From Lytechinus pictus (Eukaryota), in assembly GCF_037042905.1 (NCBI RefSeq), contig NC_087251.1:41170001-41234000 (forward strand): a stretch of DNA of 64,000 nt, in the 5' to 3' direction. The notes under the pieces are model-generated. The model was not told where the DNA came from and searched no databases. It saw nothing but the letters and a program-made list of their open reading frames with translations. Shown here piece by piece: positions 25,188 to 39,069 of this stretch. Positions within the stretch are counted from its first letter, which is position 1. Every line of letters starts with the position of its first letter. A program made the position numbers and the translations under genes.

Positions 25188-27103
25188 CAGTGCGTCCCAA
25201 AAAAAACTATACACTTTTGAAATGGCTGCCAAATAAAAAATGTAGCACTTTGGGGGAAAAGACTTACATATATGGAAAGCCAATAAAGTCAACTTTCAAA
25301 TAACACCAAAAAGTTGGAAAACTATTCATGCTTGAGCGAGCACTGCCCACTGAAACAAAGGGTATGAAAATTAGGGTGGGCTGGAATAAGCCTTCCAACT
25401 TATGTCAGTTTTTGAGAGGCAAATCCTTTCGAACTTGCAAAGTTAAAGGCGTTGTGATAAATTAATGATCAACCGTGACCAGTTTTGGTTGCTTAAGCAA
25501 TTTTTTAAAATTATTAAATTGAACTTTAATCCATGAGTGAACATAAATTACACTTTTTGGGCAGCATTTCAACTTTATCATTTGGATCTCTTTTGGGGCA
25601 GCATTTCAACTTTATCATGTGGATATCAGCAATGTGTTCATGGGAGTCGGAAGTATAGGGGGTGAGATAGGACTTAAGTGGGAGAAGTAGGTTGATGGAA
25701 CAAGGGTCAACAGAACATTCAGCCCCCGCCCCCTCCCTCTTTCCCGCCCTCCCCTCCTGTTGAGAGACTGATGGCTATTGTCATGTACACGTGAAGTCCA
25801 GAGCAGAATGTTTATTTAATGATTAATTCTGAATTGGGGCATCAACTTTTTCCTATCAATCATTTAATCAACAATTCATCAGTAAATCAACTCATTCAAT
25901 GTGCAATGTGACCAATCAAACATTCGTTTTTTTCAATAAATTACTTCATTAATCACCATAATCATTAAATTTCTTGGTAATCATTAAATTAAAAAAACTG
26001 ACCATCAGCCACCGGTCACTTGGCAGTTAAGTTTTGAATAGGCTACAATCCAGGAAATGAGACAGAGAAAGAGAGGGGGGGCTGGGAAATGGAGGTGGAG
26101 AGGGGAGGGTACATATGACTTTTAATTTGTAAAATGAAGAGGAATGCCCTGAGACAGAGAAAGAGAGAGAGAGAGGGGGGGGGGGCTGGGAAATGGAGGT
26201 GGAGAGGGGAGGGTACATATGACTTTTAATTTGTAAAAGGACAAAATGAAGAGGAATGCCCTTTTAACCAATTCTTAGCAAGTAAGCATATCTCGGCCTG
26301 TTGCTTGTAACATGTACCATCACATTAATCTGACTCTCACGAATACACTTCTGAGGCCCACAAGATGAATATGCTACACTAAAATTACAATTCCTTTTCA
26401 CTCATGCATAACATTTCAATTTAGTAACTCATGAAATTTGCCTAAGAAACCAAACTTTATCTCACTCATAAATAGCAGAACACCCTTAGCTTTGTAAGTT
26501 CCAAAGGACTAACCTCTCAAAAAAACTGTAAGGCTAATTCCTGCCCAGCCTAGCCAAGCTTAGTCTCTCAAGAAGTGGGGGGAGGGGGTAGAGATGGAGG
26601 GAGGGTTGCTAAATGTTCTGTTGACCTTTATACCATCAACGTACTTCACCTACCTACATGTAAGTCATATTACCCCCCCCCCCTCTTCTGACTGTCATGA
26701 ACACATTGTTGAGATTCACATGATAAAGACAAAATGCTGCACTAAAAATTGCAATTCATGATCACTCATACATTACATTTCAATTTGATAATGCATTACA
26801 CTTTCACAAACAACAATCTGATCACATCTGATTTTTTGTTCACCAAATAACCCTCAACTTTGCAAGTATCAAACAAAAAAACCTGAAAGAAATTGGAAGG
26901 CTAATTCCGGCCCACCCTAATTTTCATACCCTTTGTTTCAGTGGGCAGTACTCGCTCAAGCATGAATAGTTTTTCAACTTTTTGGTGTCATTTGAAAGTT
27001 GACTATATTGGCTTTCCATATCTATAAGTCTTTTCCCCCAAAGTGCTAAATCTTTTATTTGGCAGCCATTTCAAAAGTGTATAGTTTTTTTTGGGACGCA
27101 CTG
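25188..27103. mobile_element. Tc1/mariner-like non-autonomous fold-back element
   Basis: TA|CAGTGCG...CGCACTG|TA; ~200-bp near-perfect TIR plus degenerate inner IR; no transposase. Confidence 0.88.
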
Positions 27104-27151
27104 TACTGTACAGAAAAAAAAAGAAAAGAAAGAAGCACATTGCTTTCTCAC

Positions 27152-27314
27152 TGATATTTCTGTAGTCAGGGTTTTCTACTGATGGTGAGATTGAGAGTGT
27201 TCTGTTGGTTGGACCCATAGCACCAGCTACATAACGCTTAACTCCTGTTTCTATCATTGATGCATTGGTAGCCTTCTTAGCGAGTTCCGCAGCCTCCTTA
27301 TTCAAACGATATAC
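27152..27314 (-). CDS. MTR: MTR exon 4 ([19 protein letters not shown])
   Basis: Conserved motif, AG/GT, phases consistent. Confidence 0.96.
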
Positions 27315-27618
27315 CTAGGTACAATGTATAACAGAAAATTCTAAGTTAGAATATATTTGATGATAAGCTCATTAATGATGAAAAGAATGATACAAAGGCT
27401 ACTTTGGTAACTTTTATTCAAATCTTGCTTTTTTGTAAACTCATGAAAACCAGCAATTGACATGAATGCAAAGTGTTGTCAATATCATTATCATTATATT
27501 TCATAAATTATTTTGAAATATACCACTTTCGTATCAAGTCAGATATTTTCATTTGAATTGAAGGATTTTCATTGTGATTCTGAAGGTCATTCTCAAACCA
27601 AGAATATCATCAGAATAC

Positions 27619-30069
27619 AAAACAAGTGGAATGCCTCTGGCCGTCTCACCTGCATCACGCGATTCAATATAGCAGCAGTGCTGATTTTGAAAACTACTAT
27701 AACTCGCACAAGATGTTCAGTGATACTTGGTTACTCTTATTTCCACGTTTTATGAACTAGACCAATACACTTATAGAGATATGATGGCAATTCAACAAAT
27801 ACCCCCAACGTGGCCAAAGTTCTTTGACCTTACATGACCTTTGACCTCAACCGCGTAGCCAGGATTTCATTTTGGAGGGGGCGGTAAATGCACGCGAAGC
27901 GTGCCAACACTTACAGAGCGCGCGAAGCGCGCTCCCTAGGGGGTGGGTGCAGGGAGGGGGAGTTTTCCCCTCCCGCGCGAAGCGCGGAGCTTTCGGTGTT
28001 TCATAAATTAAAATGAAAAGGAGCCGTCTCTCTTGTCGTCAGCTCCAATTCAGTTGACTATATTCTGATTTTGAACATTGATTTCAAAAGTGATTGTGAT
28101 ATGTTCGAACGCACTAAAAGGGATAAATGGAGGAAATTAAAATAACAATTACCCCGCGCGAAGCGCGGAAGCTAAAGCGTTTTATCAATTGTTTTTTAAG
28201 AAAAGGGTCCCGGGAAAAGGGTATCAAGTTAGTTATATCATGTATATTGAATTCCCGTGGAAAGTTTGATTACAAACAATTTAGCGACAGTGCATATTTT
28301 TAACTCGCAAAACAGAGAAGAAGAAGGGTGCCGGGAGGAAGACATTCCTCCACGCGCAGAGCAATGAAACTCTGAAATTTCTAAGGGCGGACGTTACGTC
28401 AAATGCAGATATCTCCAATACCCCCATCGGCTCTATTGATTTTCTAAGATTATTGAACTTCATTACAAGGAAAATAGAGCGCAAAAAGTTGAAGCTTCTG
28501 TGATTTATTGAAATTATATTATAAAAATAATAATTTCTTTGACTCATCCTGAAGCGCTCGCATTTGAACAATTAAGAAACTTAAGTGTCTTTCAAAATTT
28601 CAAACTGAGGGCGCAAAACAAGACAGGAGATGAAATGTGCAGGGAAATGACATGAAGTTTCATCGAATTTGATAAAAATATTGTACTTTTTTATTTAATA
28701 CGACACGAATTTTATACCTTCCTCTTTTTCAATTAGGAACCTGTTTACCCCAAAATTATGAATGTTTATTAACAAGCTAAAGCGGGAGAAGTTGCCTATA
28801 TGGGGGTGACGGCAACATTTGATATAAAGATTTTACCCGCCCGGAGCCGACCCGACTAGAAGTGCGGAATGTTGCGTGATCAATTTGAAGAAAAAAAAGA
28901 CAACTTCATATAATTCGGCCTAATCTTACTCTAATTCCATGCCCTAATGTATACATTTTAACTTTAAGTAGCAAGGAACACACTAGTCCTATAACCGAGG
29001 TGGAAAGACAGGGTTAAAGAAAGGGTGAGGGAAAGGAGAACTGCAATATTGTCATTTGACCGCGCGAAGCGCGAAGCAAAATTCATATATATATAAATTT
29101 AGAGCGAGAGTGAAGGAGTTTCGTTAAGGTACTAATTCTTTTGAGAGAAAAATAAAGAATGAAAAGAAAAACCCACAAAGCTACCTTTCTTCCCCTTCCT
29201 CCCTTCGCTTTCCTTTTCTCCTCTCTTTTTCCCCTTCCTTTTTTTCTTTTTTGGGACGTTTTGGGGGGGGGGCGACCGCCCCCACTGCCCCCCCCTGGCT
29301 ACGCGCCTGTTTGACCTTGATCATGTGACCTGAAACTCGCACAGGATGTTCAGTGATACTTGATTACTATTATGTCCAAGTTTTATGAACTAGACCAACA
29401 CACTTTCAAATTTATGGCTGTAATTCAACAAATACCCCAATTTGGCCAAAGTTCATTGACCCTAAATGACCTTTGACCTTGATCATGTGACCTGAAACTT
29501 GCACAGGATGTTCAGTAATACTTGATTACTATTATGTCCAAGTTTCATGAATCAGATCTATAAACTTTCAAAGTTATGATGGTAATTCAACAGATACCCC
29601 CAATTCGGCCAAAGTTCATTGACCCTAAATGACCTTTGACCTTGGTCATGTGATGTGAAACTCATGCAGGATGTTCAGTGATACTTGATTAACCTTATGT
29701 ATAAGTTTCATGAACTAGGTCCATATATTTTCTAAGTTATGATGACATTTCAAAAACTTAACCTTAGGTTAAGATTTTGATGTTGATTCCCCCAACATGG
29801 TCTAAGTTCATTGACCCTAAATGACCTTTGACCTTGGTCATGTGACATGAAACTCAGGCAGGATGTTCAGTAATACTTGATTAACCTTATGGCCAAGTTT
29901 CATGAACTAGGTCCATATACTTTCTAAGTTATGCTGTCATTTCAAAAACTTAACCTCAGGTTAAGATTTGGTGTTGACGCCGCCGCCGCCGTCGCCGCCG
30001 CCGCCGCCGTCGCCGCCGTCGGAAAAGCGGCGCCTATAGTCTCACTCTGCTATGCAGGTGAGACAAAAA
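27619..30069 (-). mobile_element. HINE copy 5, split by hAT-like insertion
   Basis: Nearly identical to copy 4 once 27848-29309 is removed. Confidence 0.82.
27848..29309. mobile_element. hAT-like non-autonomous element, 8-bp TSD TTTGACCT
   Basis: TIR CA(AC/GG)CGCGTAGCCAGG; internal GCGCGAAGCGCG motifs. Confidence 0.85.
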
Positions 30070-30235
30070 CCTTTGATTTCATATAGATTGTTGTCGTCAT
30101 CATCAGCAGCAGCAACAGCATCATCAATGACATCATCGTCACTGACTTCGTAATCAATATCAATATCATCTTCATCATTTTCATCATCACCAGCACCATC
30201 ACTATCATCATCATCATAATCATCATCATCACCAT

Positions 30236-31302
30236 CAGTGTTGAAAATACTTTTTATTTTTAGGGAGCCATTTTGAAAAAAAAATTTGAGAGCCATTTTT
30301 AAATTTACCAGAGCCATTTTCAGTTTTCGAGAGACATCCTTTTTTTTTCAATGATTCAGCGCATGGTTTCTCATCGCATTTGCCCTGCTTGTTTACAAAT
30401 TAATTTAATGTTTATTATTGTTTATTTAATTGCTATTTATTTTTTCTTCACTGTTAATTGTTAAATGATCATTAAATTTATTGTTGTTCACTGAATGTTT
30501 CTTTTTTGTATCTCGTGTATTTACTGGACATTCTAACACTAACTTTTACAATTTTGTCCATCAAATTGAATAGGATGAAATTTATCAAATTTGAACAGAA
30601 TTTGTACTTAGAGGAATCCTTTTCATAATTTTGAATTTATTTGATAAAAACTCACTTGAAAATTATTTTATGAAATATTGAATGCATCGCAGCCCGACAG
30701 CAAACATCAACATGCCCACTAATTCACAAGCTTCATGTAAGCAACGCCTACGCCAGCGCAGCTACTAGCACAGTTCACAGTCAACCATCACCGCAACACA
30801 GGCATGTATTAAAATGCATTAGTGCCAATACATGTATATATATTTGGGGTCGCCAAAAAATATGCTAAAATGAAAATATCTGTGATTTTATTCGGAGTTC
30901 ACAAGCTAATTTCGCACCAGTTTAGGATGGTATCTTCAAAATTCAATAAAAAAAAGCAAATTTTTCACTATCGAAGAAGTTACATCGAGACCCTGGTGCC
31001 GCGCATTTTGAAAATTAGTACCAGGGGATATCGGAGTCTGAAACTCGATACGTCGTTTTCTGAAACGCAGTGCCTGTGATTTTAAAAAAGTCCAGTCAGT
31101 TACATGTCAGAAAGCAACGATGCATGTAAGTAAGTAAGACTGTCTGGCATCTCTATGTGAATGGGAGACTGGACGTGCGTGGACGGGAGCAATTTTCAAG
31201 TTGGGAGTCACTCTGTACTTGGCAGTTTTAGGCAGTTGCGAGAGCGATCCAAAAGCAAATGAGAGCGGAATAGCTCTTCGCTCCCGTCTAATTTTTACGC
31301 TG
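30236..31302. mobile_element. hAT-like element inserted in a (CAT)n tract, 8-bp TSD ATCACCAT
   Basis: Imperfect TIR CAGTGTTGAAAAT/CAGCGTAAAAAT; TSD on both sides. Confidence 0.7.
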
Positions 31303-31660
31303 ATCACCATCATCATAATCATCATCATCATTATCATAATCATCATCATCACCATTATCATCATCATCATCATCATCACCATTATCATTACCATCATCAT
31401 CATCATCACCATTATCATTACCATCATCATCATCACCATTATCATCATCATCACCATTATCATTATCATCATCATCATCACCATTATCATCATCATCCCC
31501 ATTATCATTATCATCATCATCAATAATATCACGGCTGAACCTCTTCATCTACATCAATTACACCATCATTCTCACCTCCATCATCGTGCTAAAAAATCAC
31601 TATGATCATCATCTTCATCATGATCATCATTATCATCTTCTTCTTTAAAATCATCATCAA
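31303..31660. repeat. (CAT)n-type microsatellite (continues at 30095-30235)
   Basis: Direct reading. Confidence 0.95.
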
Positions 31661-31695
31661 TATCAATCTTATGTTTAACAGAATTTTCTTCTCAC

Positions 31696-31785
31696 CAAAT
31701 GTTCTAGACCATAATCTGCTTGTGCTATTGATGTTCCACTGAATGTGTTTGTTTCAATAAAGTCAGCTCCAGCATCCAAATAAGC
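31696..31785 (-). CDS. MTR: MTR exon 3 ([30 protein letters not shown])
   Basis: MetH motif, AG/GT boundaries, 90 nt, phase 0-0. Confidence 0.95.
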
Positions 31786-32475
31786 CTTCGAAGAAAGACA
31801 ATTAAACTTAATAAAAATACTTCTAGATAAATCCTGAATCAATAGATAAACAAACACAAAACACTTCCCATTCTTAAATGCTTTAAAAGCAGCAATTGCA
31901 AACAATTCATCATCTTCATCATTCACTGTCCCAGGCTAATAAAAGAATAATTCAAATAATAACAATATAAAAAATACTAATAATGAATGTGTTTGTTTCA
32001 ATAAAATCACCTCCAGCATCCAAATAAGCCTTTGAAGAAAGACAATTAAACTTAATTAAAATACTTCTAGATAAATCCTGAATCAATAGATCAACAAACA
32101 CAAAACACTTCCCATTCTTAAATGCTTTACTGAAATGCAGCAATTGCAAACAATTTCATTATCTTTATCATTCACTGTCCCAGGCTAATAAAACAATAAT
32201 AATTCAAATAATAACAATATGAAAAATAGTAATGACAAATAAATACAAATAAAATAAATAATTTTATACATATCAATAAAGAAATAAAAAGACAGAAAGA
32301 AATCATCAAACAAATAAATGAAAAAAGTAAAGTAAGTAAGAAATAAATAATAACTTTTTTTTTTAATCATGAAAAAACATTAAAAGCTACAAGTATAATA
32401 TGATCCCTTTAAATTAATATAAATGAACTCTGTCATAGTGAAGTCTCTTTACAATCTATTTCTCCCATACTTATA

Positions 32476-32780
32476 GGCCCGTATTCTAAAGTCAGGTTTA
32501 ACTTAGACCATGGTCTAACTCTGTGCTAAAATTATGGGAAGCCAAAAGTGTCAAAATTTTCATGATGTTGTATGTTTCTTATGTTTACTGTGCTCTTTCC
32601 TGATTCATCGATGGTGAAGACAATCATCTATTTATACTTTTTAGACAATTATGAATGATTTGAGAGCCAAATGAGCTGAAATATGATATCTATATTGTTA
32701 GTGATTTATGTGACAATTGGCTATCCATACTTATCCCACAACTTTAAACCTGAGTTTAAGTTAAGTTCATAATACGGGCC
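32476..32780. mobile_element. Harbinger-like MITE, 3-bp TSD ATA
   Basis: TIR GGCCCGTATT; paralog at 466-765. Confidence 0.75.
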
Positions 32781-32796
32781 ATAGAGTATGAAGTAC

Positions 32797-32993
32797 CTTG
32801 TGTATTGCATAGATAGCATCAGGTTGAGTGAATGTCAAGAGATCGTTGTTTCCTCTCAAGTCCTTCGGATGATTACAGAACTCTTCTCCACGAAAAGCCT
32901 TCTCATCAAACTTATAGGTTTGGATCATTGACCCCATCGCACCATCGAAGATCATGATACGTTCCCGCAGTGCTGCAGATATCTCTGCAAAGA
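32797..32993 (-). CDS. MTR: MTR exon 2 (Hcy-binding domain, ERIMIFDGAMGSMIQ...GNNDLL)
   Basis: MetH motif; acceptor at 32993 (alternative 32984); donor AAG|gtactt. Confidence 0.93.
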
Positions 32994-33459
32994 CTGAACG
33001 AAAATCATTTTCAAAGGTCAAAAGGTCATCATGAAATAAAATGCAAATATTGATAAACGATAGAACAGCAATGTGTAGATCACCTTGTCAATTCTTATTA
33101 TATCAGCTTTCATTGCACTTCAAAGTTAAACATATTTAAAATACATACTTATGATATGTATGTTTGATCACATAGGTTGGAAATCTAACACTATTGAGTA
33201 TTGACTCATTTATATATTTCTTTAAATAAAACAACACCTTGTTGAATCAATGTCAACTCTTGAATTACAAATATAAAGACTTTCTAAACTTCAATTTGGC
33301 AATTAAATCATTAAAAAATAATATAAGTATGAACTTAATTTTTATGTTTTCCTTTAAAAAGCTTTATCATGAATTTTCAATTTAAAAAAATATACAGAAG
33401 ATTATTTTTTAAGTACCTGCAACTAGATGTAGGTCTCAATCAAGTAGGCCTACCCTTAA

Positions 33460-34032
33460 AGGACAAGACCACCCCAACAAAAGTTGATTTGAATAAAAAG
33501 AGAAAAATCCAATAAGCATAACACTGAAAATTTCATCAAAATCGGTTGTAAAATAAGAAAGTTATGACACTTTAAACTTTGCTCAATTTCATAAAAAACA
33601 GTTATATGCACAACCTCGTCGGTATGCAAATGAGGAGACTGATGACGTCATCCACTCACTATTTCTTTCGTATTTTATGAAATATTCTAATTTTCTCCTC
33701 ATTGTCAAGTGAAACAACAGTTAATTCCTCCCTGAACCTGTGGAATTAGCATTGTACTATATGGTTCAGTCAAGTTGGTCCTTATTGTCAAATATGTATA
33801 TTAAATAATTCAAACAATAAAAAACAAAAGAAATGAGTGAAGGACATCATCCACTGTCTCATTTGCATGTCACTGAGTTCTGCATATCACTGTTTTGTGA
33901 AAAATAAGCGAAACTTTAAAATGTCAAAACTTTCTAATTTTACATCCGATTTTGATGAAATTTTCAGCACTATGCTAGTTTGATTTTTCTCCATTTATTC
34001 AAATCAACATTTTTCTGGAGTGGACTTGACCT
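33460..34032. mobile_element. Kolobok-like MITE (TTAA TSD), family A
   Basis: TTAA|AGG...CCT|TTAA, long TIRs; paralogs at 37393, 48384, 51308. Confidence 0.8.
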
Positions 34033-35136
34033 TTAACAACTGAAAGTGGTGACATATTAAATAATTACATGTAGATATAATAGTATGACTAATATTATGG
34101 CCTGTAACAATATTGTAAAATAAATATATTTTTTAGACAATAACTCTGCCCCCAAACCGTATCATAAGAAAAGTCATAAAACCCTGGACATTATCTCTGA
34201 TACCCAAACTCACCAAAGGAATGGAAGGAAAGGGTCTAAAAAGTGTAATTCCTATCGAACTCCCCCATCCCATATCTATTATTCATTTAAATTTGGGGGC
34301 AATATTTATGAATCGCCTAAAATCAAGTCTTGAAGGAAGTTCACCCTGACAAAAAGCTTATTATAGAAATAGCAGAAAAAATGATAAAAATATATTGGTG
34401 TAGGGTTGAGGAAAATCCATAAAAGATTAAAAAGTAATTAGAACTTTTTTTTTAATTTGTGACGTCATATGCCAGCAGGCAGCATCTATATCGTTTAGCA
34501 AAAATATCAACGAAATGTCATTTTATCTAAAATTTGAAAACTTATGGATTTTTATTATAATTTCAGTACATCACAAATAATTTTGAACCATTAAAAATTG
34601 AAAATAAAGCTGCTCATATAAGGATCCCCAAGTCTACACCATGCCCCTTGTCTGTACATGTACGCAGATATACAAATAAAAGAAAACCCGCAATGACCAC
34701 AAGTTTTACACTATGCAATACATATTCCTTTAAAAATCTGACTTAATTTGATGGTAGAAAAATATTGAATTTCAGGCATTTCATGTGCTAACTCAAAATG
34801 CAGCCTTTCTCATCAAATCCCCAAATCATTTGTAAAGTGAATGAGTGCGCAGACATGGGGCACTATTTTTTTTTTCAATCTGAAAATGACTGGCCAAGGC
34901 TTTTTTCCAAGAATATCATATATTTCTCTAAAATCTTTATAAGATTCTTTACCAGGCCTCATAAAATGACACAATGAAGTCACACAAAATAGTGTCAGCA
35001 AACAGGCTGATTTGGGGGGAAAAAATGGCACAATTTCTGGATCAAGTTCAGCCTGCAAGAAAAAGTGATCTGAATTGATTTTCAACTCATATTTAGGATG
35101 TATGGTGGTGTGACCTTAATTCGCGGGTTGATTTAA

Positions 35137-35731
35137 AGGGGAATCCAACCCAAATAAAAACTTGTTTTTATAAGGAAAAGAAAAATCAAAAAAGTTGATA
35201 GGTGAAAGTTTGAACAATATTGGACAAACAACAAGAAAGTTATGAATTTTTAAAAGTTGTAAATATTGGTAATCACTATACCCATTGAGACTTCAAATTG
35301 GCCGCAAATGGGATGTCATAGTGATGTAAGGCAAGGACTACTCTTTCATGTACTCCAATACATATTATGGCTAAAATGTCATTTTCCCCTAAAGTTTTAT
35401 TTCAAATTATATTTTTCTTTCATGAGGACATAAAACAATATACTACCTTGGTTATATTTAGATTATTGCCCCAGGGGAATGGGTACTTAGGAGAAAACCA
35501 CAAATCCCTGATAATAAAGTACATGGCCTATGGGAAAGTTGTCCTTGCCCCGTGTCATAATTTACTTACCCAGTTGCCAATTTGAAATCTACATAGTATT
35601 AGTGATCTCAATTTTAAAGCAGCTATAACTTTCGTATCGCTTGTCCGATTTCTTTCAAACTTTCACCATTCTGTTTAATTTATTTTTCTCCTTCCCAACA
35701 TAACATTTTATGGCCAAGGCTGGATTCCCCT
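35137..35731. mobile_element. Kolobok-like MITE family B (AGGGGAATCC)
   Basis: TTAA TSD; degenerate paralog 46194-46676. Confidence 0.78.
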
Positions 35732-36346
35732 TTAATTTTTGCACGGTCAAATATATCAATATCTAATTCATATCTTGAAAAACTGATAATCACCAACAGA
35801 AAAAGCAACCCAAAATTACTCAGTATGGTAATGGTATCGTAGAGGTGTTGTGGCTCAGTGGATAAGTCTTCGGACTTTGAACCACAAGGTCCGGGGTTCA
35901 AATCCCACCACAGGCAGGGTTGTAATAAAAAACGTTTTTTATTAAAAAAAACAAATCAAACGTTTTTTATTGTTTTAAAACGTTTTAAATCGTTTTAAAA
36001 CGTTTTTTTTCCAACGAACGATGAAATTTTCTGTAAATAAATTAAACTATACACTTAATACAGTACAATTTAAGCTGTTGATGTTTTAAATTCATTTTTT
36101 AGAGTAAGTAAAAGATAACTACATTTTTTGTTACTGAATTTCCAATAGAAAAGTTCATATTTTCCCCCAAATTACTAAATCATTGAAATTGAATGCAAAC
36201 AAGTAAGTTGACATTTTATAAGTTTATTCCTCATACATTTACATACATGTACATAATTTTGGGTCTCGTCAATCTAGGGGGTGAGAAGAATTCGCACAAT
36301 GTAAGAAAATAACATAATCTATAGACTATGTGCTTTCAAAGCTTAA

Positions 36347-36934
36347 AGGGATGGTCCGGGCTGAAAATATCTATAACTTAATAAATAGAGTAGAATTCAC
36401 TGAGCAAAATGACAAAAAATTTCATCAAAATCGAATAACAAAAACAAAGTTATTGAATTTCAAAGTTTAGCAATATTTTGTGAAAACAGTCGTCATGAAT
36501 ATTCATTAGATTAGGTGGGGAGATGATGTCACGTCCCCACTTGTTCTTTTGTATTTCATTATATCAAATTAGGATTATTCAAATTTTTTCCTCCAAGAAC
36601 TAGAAAAATTGGATTGACAACTGATTTAGTGCATTAGATATTCATTGCTGCAACTTATTTCATTATAAGGGAGACATATTATTCACACAAGTATGAAATA
36701 ATGAAAAAAAATATGACTTTATGTAATAACATAAGAAAAAGGAAAGTGGGGATGTGACATCATCAGCCCACCTAATGAATATTCATGACGACTGTTTTCA
36801 CAAAATGTTGCTAAACTTTAAACTTCAATAACTTTCTTATTTGTTATCCGAATTTGATGAAATTTTCGGCATTTTGCTCAGTGAATTCTACTCTATGTAT
36901 TAAGATATAAATATTTTCAGCCCGGACCATCCTT
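36347..36934. mobile_element. Kolobok-like MITE family C (AGGGATGGTCCGGGCTG)
   Basis: TTAA TSD; ~200-bp TIRs. Confidence 0.8.
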
Positions 36935-37392
36935 TTAATTTGATTTTAATCAATTTACCAATTTTAGTGCATGAAATACAAGTTTGGGTTTAAATTGATA
37001 AATAAACCCCCTGAACTGCTTATTTTTTAAATTGAGGAATTAAAGAATTTAATTTTGAGGAATTAAAAAATTTAAATATTTGTACAGTTTTTTGGTTAGT
37101 TTTGGTTTTTTTCAATCGTTTTTTAATGGAAATTATTGGCGATATTTTTCCAATCGTACAAATATTGATACAGATACGGATGTTGGCAAAAAATTCGCAT
37201 TGGCTTTATACATGAAAACACGTTATTGAGCAATTCGGGGTCTGACATGCACTTGTGTAATATCATAATCGCATACCCATGCATGCATCCCAAAAATAGT
37301 CTTGAACAATATGGCATGGCCCTGTCGTGCTTATGGATTTATCATAGAAATTTTAGGGGGCCATTACGGACCCCTTGGACTGTTAGGGTTAA

Positions 37393-37907
37393 AGATCAAG
37401 TCCACCCCAGAAAAATGTTGATTTCAATCTGTAGAGAAAATTCAAACAAGCATACATGTAATGCTGAAAGTTTCGTCGAAATCAGATATAAAATAAGTTA
37501 CATGTATGACATTGTAAAGTTTCGCTTTTATTCACAAAACAGTAATAACATCTCAGTGATATGCAAATGAGAGAGTTGATGATGTCCCTCACTCACTATT
37601 TCTTTTGTTTTTATTGTTTGAACAATACAATTTCAATTTTTTCAGATGACCTACTTGACTGAACCAAAAAATGTTAAAACAATGGTAGTTCCATATGTTC
37701 AGGGAAGAATTAAACTTTATTTCACATGACAATGAGAAAATAACGAAATACAAAATAAATAGTGAGTGATGTCATCAGTCCCCTTCATTTGCATACCGAC
37801 CAAGATGGGCATATAACTGTTTTGCAAAATTAAGCAAAACTTTATTATTTTGCATCTGATTTTGACGAAATTTTCAGCATACATTTTTCTTGTGGTGGAT
37901 TTGTCTT
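37393..37907. mobile_element. Kolobok-like MITE family A
   Basis: TTAA flanks; aligns to 33460 copy. Confidence 0.78.
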
Positions 37908-38612
37908 TTAAGGTTTGCTTGCTGACTATCTTATACTGAATTTAAGTACTTTTCTTCATATTTACAAAGCGCAAAGTTTCACCTGCTTTTGTGTGTACCT
38001 CAAGAATACAATGTCAGTTTTACAGTCTATTTGTAAAATATTATGCTTGTGCAACACTTCCATTTCATTCAAGTTCCATATTTGAGCTTATTTTAAAGCA
38101 CAACACTCATGTTTGTTATAATGAGAATATTCTTAATATAGATTGATGTGCACAATTGAACAAGAGGATTTCAAGGAACATGACAAAGGGATGGAGAAAG
38201 GGGGATAAGGGGGGAAAGAGAAAAAGAGTGGTGTCGAGAAAGAGATCTAGTTAGAAGAAAATAATGTGCCACTTAAGAAATAAAAGTATAAAAAAATATT
38301 CATCTAAAATCACATCCATGACCATGCATATTTATAACACACAAGTCTATGAGGTGTTTTAAAACACGTTTTTTTTGTAAAAAAAACGGGTGTTTTAAAA
38401 CGCGTTTTAAAACATGTTTTAAAACACACCGTTTAAAACGTGCCAACCCTGACCACAGCACTAGCGTCCTTTGGCAAGGTCTTTAATTTTATCTACATTT
38501 GCCACTCTCGGCACAGGTGTAGTAAATGGGTACCCGGTAGGAAGGAATTCCTTGAATGCTCGAAGCGCCCGATCAGGGTAGCCAGTAGCCGTGCTAAAGC
38601 TGGGGTAATAGT

Positions 38613-39066
38613 TAGACCAAAAGCTTCGGTCTCTGTTATGTTGGTTGTTCCGCTGAACTCCGGTGGCTCCACTCACCAAATACAGAGACCGAAGTTCTAG
38701 CGCGATCTGTACAGGGGACTCAATGGCCATATGTTTATGTACTTAAGTTTCGGATAAAACAGGGAATTGAAGTTGCGCGACAGCCGAAGTAAGTCACTGT
38801 TTTTTTTCCCTTTTAAGTTTATTTTTCCCCGTTTTGGTGCATTTCAGGCCAAAAGGGAATAATAATCTCTATTTTGGTACGATTCTTTTTCAATATTTTT
38901 ATGAAATAAAGACAAAAATCGATGAGCCCTGTCGGGGGGATTTTGCATTGTTCACCCCCTAATGGTGGCTGCACGATAGCGAGCCGTCTGTGTACGAGGA
39001 GAAATTTTTTTTTAAATGTTTAAAAACTCCTCAAAACAGACGGCTGCCAGCTGTCTACATGGTCTA
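38613..39066. mobile_element. AcademH-like non-autonomous element (TAGACCA...TGGTCTA, 10-bp TSD GGGTAATAGT)
   Basis: TSD at 38603-38612 and 40014-40023 after removing the hAT element. Confidence 0.7.
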
Positions 39067-39069
39067 GGG

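Larger units (their letters stand above)
35915..38451. mobile_element. hAT-like element (CAGGGTTG termini), TSD ACCACAG(G/C), containing nested MITEs
   Basis: TIRs, subterminal AAAACG repeats; splits a SINE head. Confidence 0.8.

Noticed and set aside
31107..31605. Long poly-Met/Ile/Asp ORFs (also 14496, 30042, 59202, 17550)
   Set aside because: Translations of (CAT)n, (TATAT)n and (TAG/CAG)n microsatellites.
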